From Plasmodiophora brassicae (lineage: Eukaryota): a DNA stretch of 64,000 nucleotides. This document shows positions 12,948 through 24,961 of this stretch, in pieces. Where the stretch lies: the NCBI GenBank assembly GCA_036867785.1, contig CP145411.1:992001-1056000 (forward strand), given 5' to 3'. Below the pieces are notes generated by a model. The model had not been told where the DNA came from and ran no database searches. It was given only the letters and a program-made list of their open reading frames with translations. Position 1 is the first letter of the stretch. Every line of letters begins with the position of its first letter. The position numbers and the translations under genes were made by a program.

Positions 12948-13985
12948 ATGAACAAGCTCTCAGCCGCCACCTTCGCCCTGATATTGATCGGCCTGGGCAA
13001 TGCCGCGCTCACAGCCGACCAGCAGAACAGCTTCATCGCCTTGCACAACCGCCTTCGCAGCGCGATCCAACCCACCGCGGCCAACATGATGGCTCTGTCC
13101 TGGGACAACGGCCTGGCCCAGAGCGCGCAGGCGTCCGCCAACAGATGCCCCAGCTCACACGGGCCGCCAACCAGCTCTTACGGTGAGAACATCGCCTGGG
13201 GTTGGCCAGCCATGACCGTCGACGCTGCGTTCCAGAAGTGGAGCGCTGAGAAGAACAACTATAACCCAAGCAGCAGCCAGTGCAGCGGCGGTCAGCAGTG
13301 CCAGCATTACACGCAGCTCATCCATGGCAACACGACGTCGTTCGGCTGCGGCATGAACACGTGTGCGCTGTTCGGGCAGAGCTCCGTCCAGACGTACGTC
13401 TGCCACTACTACACGCCCGGCAACGTCGTTGGCCAGGCGCCATACACACCAGGGCCCAGCTGCTCCATGTGCCCAAATGCCACCACCTGCGTCAGCAACC
13501 TCTGTGCTTCGAACCCGAACGCCAACCTGTTCCCTGACCCGCAGTCTCCTGTGACAACGGCGCCGTCTACCGCCCCCTCGCCTGCTGCCGGACCGACTGC
13601 CGCTGCTCCTGGGCAACCTGCTCCTGCTGTTGGGCAACCTGCTTCTGCTGTTGGGCAACCTGCTTCTCCTGGGCAACCTGCTGCTCCTGGGCAACCTGCT
13701 GTTCCTGGACAACCTGCTGCTGCAGGGCACCCGACGCCGGGAACAACTGGGCAGGCGATGCCCGCTTCCGGGCAACCTGGTCAGCCAGGTGCACCGACAA
13801 CAGCAGGGCAGCCGATGGGCGGATCCCCTGGCGTGGTGGCGGCGCCTACTGACCCGTCCGAGCCGGTACGCGAATGGCAACGTGGCATGCACCCGCAGCG
13901 CAACGGAGGTGGTCGGCCTGGCATGCCTGGCGTCGGCGCACCATACGCTGTTAACACCAACAACACTGACAACAAGGATTGCTGA
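12948..13985 (+). CDS. Secreted CAP/SCP (PR-1-like) protein with Cys-rich hinge and GQPA-repeat tail
   Basis: Signal peptide; HNRLRS, AANM, WDNGLA, GENIAW, QHYTQL, FGCG, YVCHYYTPGN; intronless. Confidence 0.92.
   Translation: MNKLSAATFALILIGLGNAALTADQQNSFIALHNRLRSAIQPTAANMMALSWDNGLAQSAQASANRCPSSHGPPTSSYGENIAWGWPAMTVDAAFQKWSAEKNNYNPSSSQCSGGQQCQHYTQLIHGNTTSFGCGMNTCALFGQSSVQTYVCHYYTPGNVVGQAPYTPGPSCSMCPNATTCVSNLCASNPNANLFPDPQSPVTTAPSTAPSPAAGPTAAAPGQPAPAVGQPASAVGQPASPGQPAAPGQPAVPGQPAAAGHPTPGTTGQAMPASGQPGQPGAPTTAGQPMGGSPGVVAAPTDPSEPVREWQRGMHPQRNGGGRPGMPGVGAPYAVNTNNTDNKDC
13611..13722 (+). repeat. Coding minisatellite, six 18-21 nt GG(G/A)CAACCTGCT units encoding GQPA repeats
   Basis: Repeat units are directly visible within the CAP gene. 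Confidence 0.9.
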
Positions 13986-14075
13986 GCATAAAAGCGTCAC
14001 CGGCCGCCCCGCACCATCGCAATACACCATTTCCTCCCGAGAGAATTCAGTGTCTGTATTGTAGAGAGCAGCGAT

Positions 14076-14352
14076 CTAGATCGGTATAAAGGCCTCCGTC
14101 AGGGACACCTGTCGCGGATCGTCAAACGAGGGGGGGGGGGGGGGGGGGGCAGCAGTGCGATGAAGCGCCTACCTTCTCGGAACCGAGACGGCAGCCAAGG
14201 ACGATGATGAGCGGGACGAACCCCCAGTGGACCACCTCCCGGCCGACACTGACGACCTTGCGTTTGCACTTGTCGAATGTCGCCCACTTGCCAGACGGCT
14301 TGCCGACGTCGTCCGCCGCGAACGAGCCACCGCCATTGACGCCGCGGAACAT
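14076..14352 (-). CDS. TOM7: Mitochondrial import receptor subunit Tom7 (about 70 aa, 2 exons)
   Basis: VVHWGFVPLIIVLG motif. GT-AG intron 14109-14172 joins to VSLTEAFIPI*, resembling the Tom7 C-terminus. Confidence 0.8.
14130..14149 (+). repeat. G20 homopolymer inside the TOM7 intron
   Basis: Direct count. Confidence 0.9.
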
Positions 14353-14501
14353 GGTCGTTCGTCGTCGGCGGTTGCAAATGCGAGCGCCAGTCGAGCCACG
14401 GACCCCGCGCAGCGCCGGCAGCGGCTCGCACGGGCACCGACGGCTAACACCCGGCACCTGGCAAAGGTCCTGCAACGTGAACGAAGCGCCTGCCAGACTC
14501 C

Positions 14502-16356
14502 ATGCCGGCTCCTCGCGCCGCTGTGTCGCCCTGTCGAAGCGACTCATCGTCATCTTCGGAGAGCGACGACGTTGTCGATCTTAATGCGTCACACTCTTGC
14601 CCAAATGTCGCACCTATCGTTGCCATCGCTGCGCGTGCTATCGATTCAGTGAGTGCCACGGTCGTCGCTGAAGCTAGTGCATCTGTCGTCCAGGCCATTC
14701 CACGTAAACGCCGTCGGTCGCTCCCGGAGGCAAAATGCCACCAGCGACATTGGCGCGTAGGAGATAATGGAAGATGCGACAATGCAACCATTGTCCTGAA
14801 ACGTGGGCCCTTTCCACGTCCACCGGCACAGTCATCAAGCATCTACAGCTGAAGCATTCCATTGTTGAAGGTGGGGAGCCGACGGCCAGGAAATCTCGCC
14901 AGACCACGCTGACGGAGTCTGTCCCGGCCAAGATTGTGGCTCTCAATGACGCTGCGATTGTCCGATACGTCATTGGACGTTCCGAGCCGCACACCGTCTC
15001 TGAGGATCGTGCGTTCCGGCGGCTAGTGTCCACGTTGTGCCCTGGTTTCCAACCAAAATCAGCTCGAACTGTGAAGAGAAGCATTCTGAAACTGTATTTC
15101 GTACTTCGCAACATGTTGGTCCAGTACTTCGGCACTCTTTTGTCGAAAATTAGCCTTACCTTCGATGGGTGGAGCAGCCCTAAGTTGCAGGGGCTGTATC
15201 CCGTCACTGCACACTGGATTGATTCTTCGCTTGGTCTGCTGTTGTCTTGCGTCATCGACTTCCCATACATCGAACCAGGAACGGGTGTTGGAAAACGTGT
15301 TGGAACGGCTCTCTCTGAACGTTTATCGGATCTCGGAATCGACGACAAGATTCTGGCCGTTGTAAACGATAACGGCAGTGACGCGATTGCAGCTGCTGAA
15401 TATTTATCGAATGTTAAGACTCCATACCCGGCGGATGTATTGTCAACGAAAGCCATCTCCTTCGATGCGCGATCACATCCCGGCAGTGGCGAATCATCTT
15501 CTCGTTGGCACGAACCGCGACCGATATGGTCGCATAGTTATCCCCACCGAGAAAGGTCGACAGTCGTGCGGGTAGATCTAAGAACGACGACACGTGCTGG
15601 ATATGAACCCATTGGGCATTTGTAAGGCGGAACTGGTCAAGTTCACCTGCGCGACGTTCGTGATGTGCAATAAGGTCCAGAGCGGGCCTAAGAGCCAGAC
15701 ACTGCTGGATCATGATGTGGGGTGGAGTTGAACCTTGTTGGGCAATCCGGGCAAGGTGGTTCCCTTTCGACATTCGACATAGAACGGCAAATCGAGCGAA
15801 AGATATCCCGCCTGACCTTGCTCATGCGAATTGTCGACAACAACGAACGAAGATTGCCCAGGACCGGCTCAAACCACTCTACTGCAGATTTGACGCCCAG
15901 TTGGAGAGTATGTATCGCGCATCGAAGGAGATGGCTTTCGTTGACAATACAGCCGCCGGGTATGGAGTCTTAACATTCGATAAATATTCAGCAGCTGCAA
16001 TAGCGTCACTGCCGTTATCGTTTAAAACGGCCAGAATCTTGTCGTCGATTCCGAGATCCGATAAACGTTCAGAGAGAGCCGTTCCGACACGTTTTCCAAC
16101 ACCCGTTCCTGGTTCGATGTATGGGGAGTCGATGACGCAAGAGAGAGCGCGGGGGCGGGTCCCGGGTGGGTTATGTATGCCCGACGCCGGACACCGTGGC
16201 GGACTGCGGAGCCCCAGCGCCGGCATTGACCAGTTAAACCACGCTTTAAACCGGTTTGGAATCCTCAAACCGGTTGGTTTGCGCTCGATGTCAAACTAAA
16301 CTGAACCAAACTAAACTATTGTACGGCATCCCAAACCAAACCGCGCCGACCCCCTA
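14502..16356. mobile_element. Rearranged, frameshifted hAT DNA transposon relic (BED finger + transposase fragments on both strands, one putative terminus)
   Basis: + strand: CNHC...HLQLKH (BED), SLTFDGWSS, VTAHWID, VNDNGS. - strand: RCAIHTLQL (CxxH), DCPTRFNST, QWVHIQHVSSFL. AAAC/AAACCG subterminal repeats end at CCCCTA (16356), i.e. TAGGGG on the - strand. Confidence 0.85.
15245..16142. repeat. Inverted repeat: 229-bp arms 15245-15473 and 15914-16142, 440-bp spacer
   Basis: Manual alignment found 5 substitutions and no indels. Confidence 0.92.
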
Positions 16357-16404
16357 CAATACAGTACACACAGGAGCAGTCACGGTCGGCTGGATGGGTA
16401 GCCG

Positions 16405-17608
16405 TCAGCACTTTTTGAACTGTTTCATATCATCTGGGATCGCGATTTCGTCGATGCAACCGGTCGGGATCTGGTTCAGAAGGAACGGGCCGTATTGCGT
16501 ACGTACCAGGCGGGTTATGGACAGGCCGGCGGAGATGAGCGCACGTCGCACCTCGGAGCTCCGCCGTTCCTCTAGCTGGACTTGCAGCCCTGCACGAGAT
16601 GGTAAGCGTGGACCGTTGGAGAATTCAGCAACTGAAACGTACACGTGTTTTCGGGATATTCCCGTGCCCGAACGCTCATTGGAGGGAACTTGATGCCACA
16701 AATTGTCGTGCCTGACTCCAGAACTTTGAGGACTTCCTCATTCACCTGACAGCAGTCGCGTCATACGACCATCGCCGGTCAGCAGACGAATACGAAACGA
16801 CCTTTCCAGGGACACATGCCAGGTAGGTTCGGTGGCCAACCGAGTACGTCGTTTCAATGTGCGTCGCCAAGTCTGGACATGTCGTCATGACAAGAAGCCC
16901 CTCCGTGCAAACGTCGAGCCGCCCTGAAGCCATAAGCCTGGGAAGCTTGAGCCTCCGATTGTCATACGACTCCTCGATAGATTTGAACACGGTCCTGATG
17001 CCTCGCAGTCCTCGGATCGTCGTGCGTTTAGGAACGTCTGTATCGACGAGCTCGCCATGCCGCTTGTTGTACTGCCTCGGACACGTACACAGGTTAGCCG
17101 TTGTGTGTGCCAAGCATGTTCCATCGTATAAGATACAATAAATAATCGGACGGGTACCGGGAGCAACGGGCGCCACCCGTCGAAGGCAATGACCGAACCG
17201 GCTCGGATACGTTCGAACGGATGGACGACATTTCTACCGTCGACCCAGATATGACGCTCGTTGATATACCGTATCGCATCGCTGCGTGATTCGGATTCAG
17301 CTGACGCGTGGATGCCATCGCAACGTGTGTACCGCCCACTCACCGACGGCTCCAGGTCCCGCACCTCGCCACGTACTTGGACAGCGGATCCCCGTCGTAC
17401 GCCGCCGGGACAGCCACATCCTTCGTGAAACGGTTCTTCTTCAGGGCATTGCCTATCTGCGACATAATCTTGTTGACCATGGCCCTCGGTGCGTCCTGTT
17501 GCGGTACCCGCGCACCCGCGAGGTACCTACAGTCGTGCGGCAGCGGATCACGATGCACCGCTTAAATAGCTCCAGATGCATTTCCTCGAGATATGTCCGC
17601 CATGACAT
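16405..17608 (-). CDS. RsuA/RluB-family pseudouridine synthase with S4-like domain, multi-exon; start uncertain
   Basis: SRSDAIRYINERHIWVDG (S4-like), YNKRHGEL, SGRLDVCTEGLLVMT (GRLD motif), ITRLVRTQYGPF. Confidence 0.82.
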
Positions 17609-17847
17609 ACAGTTGTAACGGCAAGACGACCTTACGGACGGCGAGCGACCGCAATTGCAACCGCCGGTACGCCGAGCTGTGCAAATCATGACAGCGTCTG
17701 GGATGGCTGGCCAACAACCCTGTCTGGTGGCATCATTCTTCGATGGTGGTCGTGGCGCGTCCAACAACTTTAGAGGGGCGGGCGCGACTCGCGGAATCCG
17801 TGGCGGAGTCCGTAGGTCGGGTTGCTGGCCGCGGGCTCGTCTCTGCG

Positions 17848-19080
17848 ATGGGATCGCGACATGGGCCCTCCTTCTGGGCCGACCAACAGGGTAGTGTTGG
17901 GTACAAGCTGATGCAGAACATGGGGTGGTCAGCAGGGTCAGGACTTGGCAAGAAATCGAATGGGTCAGTTGAGTGCTTGCGGGTGCGTGTGAAGAAGGGC
18001 AACGACGGGATTGGGACCGTCAAGGCCGGCCGCGATGAGACATGGACGGCTGCGACGTCTGCCTTTAACGACCTGCTCAAGCGACTGAGTTCTGGCGAAC
18101 CAGCACCGGATACCTCCGCGGCATGCAACACGACGGCTACAATCGGTAAACATCGGGCTCGCAGCCAGCTCTATGGCAAGTTCAAGCGCGCCAAGGATAC
18201 GTCCAACTACTCGTCGGCAGACATGAACGAGATCTTTGGGCGACGCGACAAAGCCACCGTCAACAGTGTGGCCGAGGATGCACCATCGTCGGGCGTGAAG
18301 ACCGTGACGAACAAGAAGACCATCGAGGAGTACTTCCAACAGAAGCTGAACGAGAAAGCTGAACGCGCTGCCGACTCCCAGGAGTCCCTGTATATGCATA
18401 TGAGCGCTATCGCGACGTCGGGCCGGTTCGGGCTCGGTATGTCATGTCCAAGTACAAGCCGTCTTGAGGACGATTGGTTCCCGACACCAAGGTCATCGAT
18501 GGCCAACGACAGACTGCGGGTACCGCTCCCAGAACCCGGTACGCCGTCTGATGTTGCATGCGTTTCCCAGTCTAGCGAAGAAAGCAAGCCGGTGAAGCGG
18601 AAGAAGAGCAAGGACAACATGAAGTCCAAGACCAAGGCCAAGTCAGCGAAGGCACAATCGACCGCGTCGGAAACCGACTCTGTGCCGCCAACGGTAAGCA
18701 CCTCCAAGTCTAATGAGGAGGACAAGCTGGCAAAGCGGACAAAGAAGACGAAGGAGAGCAAGAAGATCAAGTCGAAGGCCGAGTCAGCCGAGACGCACGT
18801 TGATGGCGATTCGGAATCGAAGTCTACGAAGAAGAAACGGAAGGCGGTGGCTAATGACGAGTTGGACTCAGCAGCGGGGCGCAAGTCAAAGTCGATGAAG
18901 AAAGAACGGAAGGCGGCGACTAGTAACAAGTTGGGTTCAGCAGCGGGACGCAAGTCAAAGTCGATGAAGAAGAAACGGAAGGCGACGCCTGAGGGCGATG
19001 GTGACACACGGAAGGTGAAGACAAAGAAGAACCGCGACAAGGATTCTAGGCCTAGTAAGAAAGCTCGGAAAGAGTTGTAA
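17848..19080 (+). CDS. G-patch protein, PinX1/Pxr1-like, with Lys-rich C-terminus (ORF open from 17743)
   Basis: GYKLMQNMGWSAGSGLGK...KKGNDGIG...W...FNDLLKRL; YGKFKRAKD. Confidence 0.85.
   Translation: MGSRHGPSFWADQQGSVGYKLMQNMGWSAGSGLGKKSNGSVECLRVRVKKGNDGIGTVKAGRDETWTAATSAFNDLLKRLSSGEPAPDTSAACNTTATIGKHRARSQLYGKFKRAKDTSNYSSADMNEIFGRRDKATVNSVAEDAPSSGVKTVTNKKTIEEYFQQKLNEKAERAADSQESLYMHMSAIATSGRFGLGMSCPSTSRLEDDWFPTPRSSMANDRLRVPLPEPGTPSDVACVSQSSEESKPVKRKKSKDNMKSKTKAKSAKAQSTASETDSVPPTVSTSKSNEEDKLAKRTKKTKESKKIKSKAESAETHVDGDSESKSTKKKRKAVANDELDSAAGRKSKSMKKERKAATSNKLGSAAGRKSKSMKKKRKATPEGDGDTRKVKTKKNRDKDSRPSKKARKEL
18820..18988 (+). repeat. Coding tandem duplication, 69-bp unit, about 2.4 copies (KKxRKA...SAAGRKSKSM)
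   Basis: Visible in both DNA and protein. Confidence 0.85.
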
Positions 19081-19145
19081 ACGAAGGAACTGTTTCTATC
19101 TGATAAGGCATTCCCACTTTAGTACAGGACGATAACGGTTTTCTT

Positions 19146-19259
19146 ATTGGCAGGCAAGAGGGCACTACAAACGCCATCGCCCGACCATTATCTCTTGTTG
19201 TCCGCGTTGACAATGGCATCGGCGGCCAGCACCGTCAGGTCGCCTTGGGGACATAGCCG
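19146..19259 (-). pseudogene. Macro-domain (ADP-ribose binding) fragment with an in-frame stop
   Basis: Manual translation gives QGDLTVLAADAIVNADNKR*WSGDGVCSAL, matching GDIT..DAIVNAAN..L..GGGV..AI. TAA is at 19188-19190. Confidence 0.7.
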
Positions 19260-19803
19260 GTACCCGCTTTCGATGTCGGAAATCGGGGTCAGCCGGTTCC
19301 TCTTCCCGGGTGACGAACGGCATCACATTGCCAGGTTTACCATGACCACTGACGCCGCCTGCGGTCGGCCGTTCTGGATAATGGTTCCGAAGCAGTTACA
19401 TTGAGCGACGGGACCTTCGTCATGACGATTGCTGCCGTGCACCTTGACGAATGCCATACTGCCCACGTTTGGTCAGACGAGGAGACTCGGCGAACCAGGC
19501 CTGTTGAGGGTTGGCGACGACCTGCCATCCGGGATGATTGACTGTTGGCCATCATCCTCCGGAATCGGACCGACATGTCAGACAGGTACGGCATCGACTT
19601 CACGCGCCGCTCGATCTCGTTTCGATGGTCGGCGAAATACAGACGCCAGTACAGTCGGAACGACATAACGGGTATCGGGCGGCTCCTGGTGCTCCATCTT
19701 AACGAGGGCATGGATTCGGTCTCTTCGTTCGCAGTACGTTGCTGGAAACCTCCGTCTCGAGCAGGCGATGCGTGACAATGGACAGAAAGGAAGGTCATAC
19801 GTT

Positions 19804-21947
19804 TTAAAGATCGTCGTGAGCGCTAGGCTCTTCAGGTATGTCGCCTTCAGTGCTGGCACGTTGACTCAGAGCGTTTTCAATTGTTTCCGCAACAAGGACC
19901 ATGGATGGTCGGGTGATGGCCGGGAAGTTGCCATAATAGAAACTGCCAGGAATCGTGCTCATGACGATGTGGCGGCGACCCAATGCGGCGACTAGATGCC
20001 CGAAGCAGAAGTCGATATGAGGTCGCCCAGGGAACATGATCAGGACGGCACCCGGTTGGGTGAACGCGAAGTTCGTCAGGCCGGCACCATGGGCGCCCAC
20101 CACGATCTTTGCCTTCGCGAACATGGCGACCTGATCGAGCAGCGTCTCATTGCCGACATGAATCCGCAGGCGTTGACCGAAACGCTCTCGAAGGAACCCA
20201 ATGAAGTCATTCTCATTCGGGAACGCCCGCACGTTCTTCTTGAACCTTCGAGAAACGTAGACGATTTCGTCATCCGTTCCTGTCGTGTCCGGGAACCTGT
20301 GCGCCGGTCACAATACGCCGATCGTATGATGCCGCGTGTACCTGCCACGCCGACGAAGGGCGTCATGGAAGAACGCCTGGACGCGAAGAATTGCTGCTCG
20401 AGGAGGCCAGAACACGCCCCACGCGTTCTTGGCGAGGGTCTTGTGGACATCCTCAGCAGGATGAATCCAGTCCACCAGGTGCAAGCCGGCTCGGAAATGG
20501 TAACGTGATAGTGTCGGCGGTAGAGGATAGCGAAGAATGCGGTCGCGAACCGAATCGAATTCGGTCATGGCCAGAACGTCGTCGATAAAACCGGCCCACC
20601 CCTCAGGAGGCAGCAGGAGTTTGCAATCGGCATTGCCGGGATCGGACATGACATGCTCCACCAAGAGCAGCATCTTTGGGAACGCTTCCAGTATAAAATG
20701 GTAATAGTTGACCATCTGATGCTGGATGATGCTGGCGACCGGGCAGTCGATCTCAATGATCCGGACCCCCTCATCGCTTGTCGGGAGCGTGTGAAGATCG
20801 ACGTTGACGTGGTGACCACCTAGCAAGCATCTTCAGGCAAACGGCAGTGAACACTAGCGACGCCGCGCTACGTACCAGAATACACAGCGCAATCGCCATG
20901 CACGATACCACTCCCGGCCATGAATGCCTCTCGTAAATAGATACGGTATATGAAACGCTCATGGAACGCATGTGGATACTTTGGGATTGGCTTCCCGACG
21001 AATTCAGGATCGTTCGGCTGGCCATACGTCTGCATGGCATTGTCACGGTTGAGGAGGTCCACGTGGACATCGCCTTGGCCGGCATCGGCTTCCTCAGACC
21101 AGTTCAGCGCCAGGCGCCATGACCCCGATAAACAGACACGCGGGTCGTAAATGCTGAGGTTGCCGACAAACTCATGTACGTAACGCGACTTCAGGGCCCA
21201 AGCAACTGGATCCATTGGCCAACCGATTGAACGAATGTTGGCGGCCGCTGAAACCGTTCCTGGATTGTCGTCGAGGCGCATGGCCTCCACAGCGACGTTC
21301 CAGGCTCGGCGATAATCCCCATGCCACAGGAGGGCTGACGCGATGTTTGCCTTGACGCTCGCCACTCGAACAGGCGGAGATGAGCCGCCGAACCGAGCAA
21401 CCCACCTCTCCATGGTGGGGATACCCTCCTTGTAACGCATTAGCAGCAGAACGGATCCGAGCACGTCAAGAGGCTCAGGGTCATCTTCGGGCAATAGGTG
21501 AACCGCCTGACGGCACGTGGATATGATCTGGTCGTCGGTCAGGTCGACATCGATCCCCTGGTTGAGCTTCTCAGCAATGGATCGGCACATGTGCAAATAC
21601 ATCCGCCCATCGTCGGGGAATAGCGCGATCCCGCTCTCGTACGTCTCAATGCATCGCGCCATATCGCCATGAAATTCATGCGCCATACCGAGGTTGTATA
21701 TCACCTCTTTCGACCCTGGCATCATCTCGCGCAGCAATGAGTACGACTCAATCGCTGACCACTAACGCGTCAGGGCAACAGCGGAGTCGCGGGGCACCGC
21801 CGGCCACCGACCTGCCGGATAATCGCCCTTGTCGAATGCGGATATCGCGTCCTGGTAGACGTCGTGCGGCAATCGCGTCGCTTGACCCCATGCGACGACA
21901 GCGAAACAGGACACGATGACAGGCGACACAGGCGACATGACCACCAT
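19804..21947 (-). CDS. Secretory-pathway TPR + glycosyltransferase family 61 (DUF563) protein
   Basis: Hydrophobic N-terminus, TPR-like VIYNLGMA..., NYYHFILE, QVAMFAKAKIVVGAHGAGLTN. Confidence 0.82.
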
Positions 21948-22407
21948 GATGTCTGGCGTGCACGCCACACCGCCAAAACGGAGCTGCTCGGCGACACGGG
22001 TTGTGCGTTCAACCAGGTGGCCGCTATACACACAACGCTGTACCGACCGTGAAGACGCTGTCGCGCATGCGCTGGGCGGCGATCCGCACAGCGAGGACGG
22101 GTGCTCCAAGATGACATGCAACACAGAAGAGCGTTCCGAAGTATGCAACCTTCCCCGGTTGAGAACGCGTCCTGCAAAGAAGTTACCGGTTTCGTCCTAA
22201 GACGTATGAAGCGGTCGTCTGGGTGTGCAGCGCGGGTTCGAACAGGAACCATCAGGCCCGCGCTTGGGTGCGGGTCAGCGTGGTCGACCTGGTCGGTCAA
22301 CAGGCTGAAGAGCACCCGAGGCCGGGCGCGCAGCCCGGGTCGACGTGTCGACCGTCTGTGGGACGGGTCGCCGTGGCGGCACTCGTTGGCACAGATAGAA
22401 ACGGTTC

Positions 22408-24173
22408 ATGCTGTTCGAGACGGGCGATGCCGTCGCGGATAAGGTGGTGGAATACCTGGTTGCCGTCCTGCTCCTCGTTTTCGCCGCCATCTTCTCCGGC
22501 CTGAACCTGGGCCTCCTCGGCCTGAACGTGCACTCCCTGGAGATTGCCCTGTCGTCCAGATCGGTCCAAGCCAAGTACGCCGCCCGTATCCTGCCGATTC
22601 GTCGACAGGCGAACCTCCTCCTGTGCACGCTCCTGTTCGGGAACGTTGCCGTCAACACCGGGCTGTCCATCCTCCTAACTGACCTGGTCAGCGAGCTGCA
22701 GGCCTTCATTCTGTCCACGTCGTTGATCATGTTCGTCGGCGAGATCTTACCGCAGGCCGTGTTCTCCCGGAACGCATTGTACCTGGGATACCTGTCCACC
22801 CCGCTCGTCTGGGCCATATTGTTCCTACTATACCCATTATGCAAACCGATCTCCATGATCCTAGACTGGCTGGTCGGCCCCGAGTTCACCGTCATCTACA
22901 ACCGCAATGAGATGAGAAAGCTCGTCGAGCTCCACCACGACGCCGGCAAGGGTGACGGAATCCAGCTCGACGAGTTCAACATCATGACGGGCGCCCTGCA
23001 GTACGCCGAGAAGAGCGTGGCCGAGTGCATGACGCCCATCGAGCGGTGCTTCACGCTGGAAGTGTCAGCGCGTTTGGATGACGAAACGATGCTGGCGATC
23101 AGCGAGAGCGGGTATAGCCGGATCCCAGTCATGGATGTTGACCCGACCGGGCATGCATTCGTATGCGCGATCCTGTACGCCAAGGACCTGATTCTCGTTG
23201 ATCCCGACGATGCATTGCCGGTTCGGCACGTGATTGCGCTGCACAATCGCCCCGTCACGGTCGTCTACAGCGACTGCCTCCTGAAGCACGTCTTCCGCGA
23301 CTTCAAGACGGGGTCCACCCACATCGCCATCGTTGTCGATGTCGACTCGAGCGGCCCAGGCGACCCGTTTTACGTCATCCGCGGCCTGATCACTCTGGAA
23401 GACATTGCCGAAGAAATCTTCCAGCAGGAAATCATGGACGAGAAGGACAACGTAGGTCGTTGCCGTTTGGAGGCACATCGCGTTCTTACACGGTATTTCG
23501 ACAGGCGGTTCGGCAAGGTGCCAGCCTGAGGGTGGCGAGACGTAGCCGCCGTCCAGGTGCTGGCCGACTGGAAGGTCCCGAGTTGGACACCGTGTTCCAC
23601 CACCTACGGGGGTGCTATCCGGAATTGTTTCTGTCGGTTCCCGAAGACAACCTGCGCCTCCTTCTGTCACGCTGTCCTGTCGTGGACCTCGACGTGCCCG
23701 CGCCAAAACCGGGCGTCAACCCGCTGTCTATGGAAGGGTCACAGGCCGATCGCCTTCTTAAAGCCAGCATGCAGATCCCCGTTGCACAGGGTGGCCTGCA
23801 ACTGTACAAGGCAGGGCAGGTTGCCGATTGCGCTTATTTGATTCTGGATGGCAAGGTCCAGGTCCTGTCGGGCAGTGCCCAGCAGTTCGAGTCGGCACTT
23901 GGACGATGGTCGGCATTGGCACTCGGCATGCTGGGCCAAAGCGACCAGGGCGACTTTGTGCCCGATTTCACAGCGGCAGCCATACGCGGGCCAGTTCGCC
24001 TCGTCCGCATTGACAGGGGTGACTTCCAGCGTGTTTCCAAGTTGTCAAGAGACGAGATCTTGGCGGCAGCGGATGCTGCTTCGCCCACTGCTGTGCAAAT
24101 GGCCGACGGCGATGTCATCCAACCGGCGAAAATCGGCAACCAGGTCGTTATCGTAGGACGCGATCACGTATAA
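22408..24173 (+). CDS. CNNM/DUF21-CBS metal transporter with C-terminal cNMP-binding-like domain
   Basis: FSGLNLGLL, LLCTLLFGNVAVN, GEILPQA, MTPI, GYSRIPV, GLITLEDIAEEI. Confidence 0.92.
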
Positions 24174-24961
24174 TATGACCAACGCTGCTCTCGTCTGCAA
24201 CGACAACAGCTATGCGAGCAGTCCCTTACAATCCAGTTACTCACTCTGTTCCACAAATGATCGTGACTCTGGGAGGTACTGCGCGTGTTTCAATATTGTG
24301 GTGGTCGCCATGCGAGCAGCGTAGGCGCACGGCAGAATAATTAAGTTGGTGTCGGTAGCCTATCGAGGTGATTGATATTTGCTACGAGCAGCAAAGGAAT
24401 TTACGCCATCTTATCGTTTGCCGAATCGACTGCTGCCCGGATGGCCATCGTGTTCGCACTCAAACGGTTCCATTTCTACATATGATGTCGCCGCTTCATC
24501 TTGCCCGCTGACCACCGTTCGCTGTCAAGTTATGCTGTCTCAGGGGCCACCCCAACCCGCCGCAACGGCTTGCCTTGACACAATCCTGGCTTACGACTTC
24601 CAGGGCACTCACGTCCAGGCGTTCCGACCGAAATTGCCATACCATTTGGTGCTCCCTCTGCTACGCAGGGCGCCATGTATACATGTGAGGTAATTAATCC
24701 TTTCCTTCGGATAAACCGGCGATTCACCTCTTTGTCGTCTGGAGGGATGCAATCACGTCTTGGGATCTGTTCAAGCCCATTCCGGGACAGACTAATCAAC
24801 CAAGGCAGCCTTGCTGCTGGTTTTTTATTACTGAATTGAGGACCTCGGAGACACGGTATCAGGTGGCCCGACAGGACGTGTATTGTACATACAGGTTGAA
24901 TGAGCTTAACAGGAGGTTTATTTCCGGCGCATATTGTGGAAGGACCCGATCAGCGCAGTCA

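Noticed and set aside
13611..13722. Short regular repeats as a CRISPR array
   Set aside because: In-frame coding minisatellite with no unique spacers, no cas genes, and a eukaryotic context.
14360..14501. Left terminal inverted repeat and TSD of the hAT element
   Set aside because: No match to TAGGGGGTCGGCGCGG was found upstream of the transposase, so a complete element cannot be called.
18207..19040. 277-aa Phe-rich - strand ORF
   Set aside because: Antisense of the Lys-rich G-patch gene.
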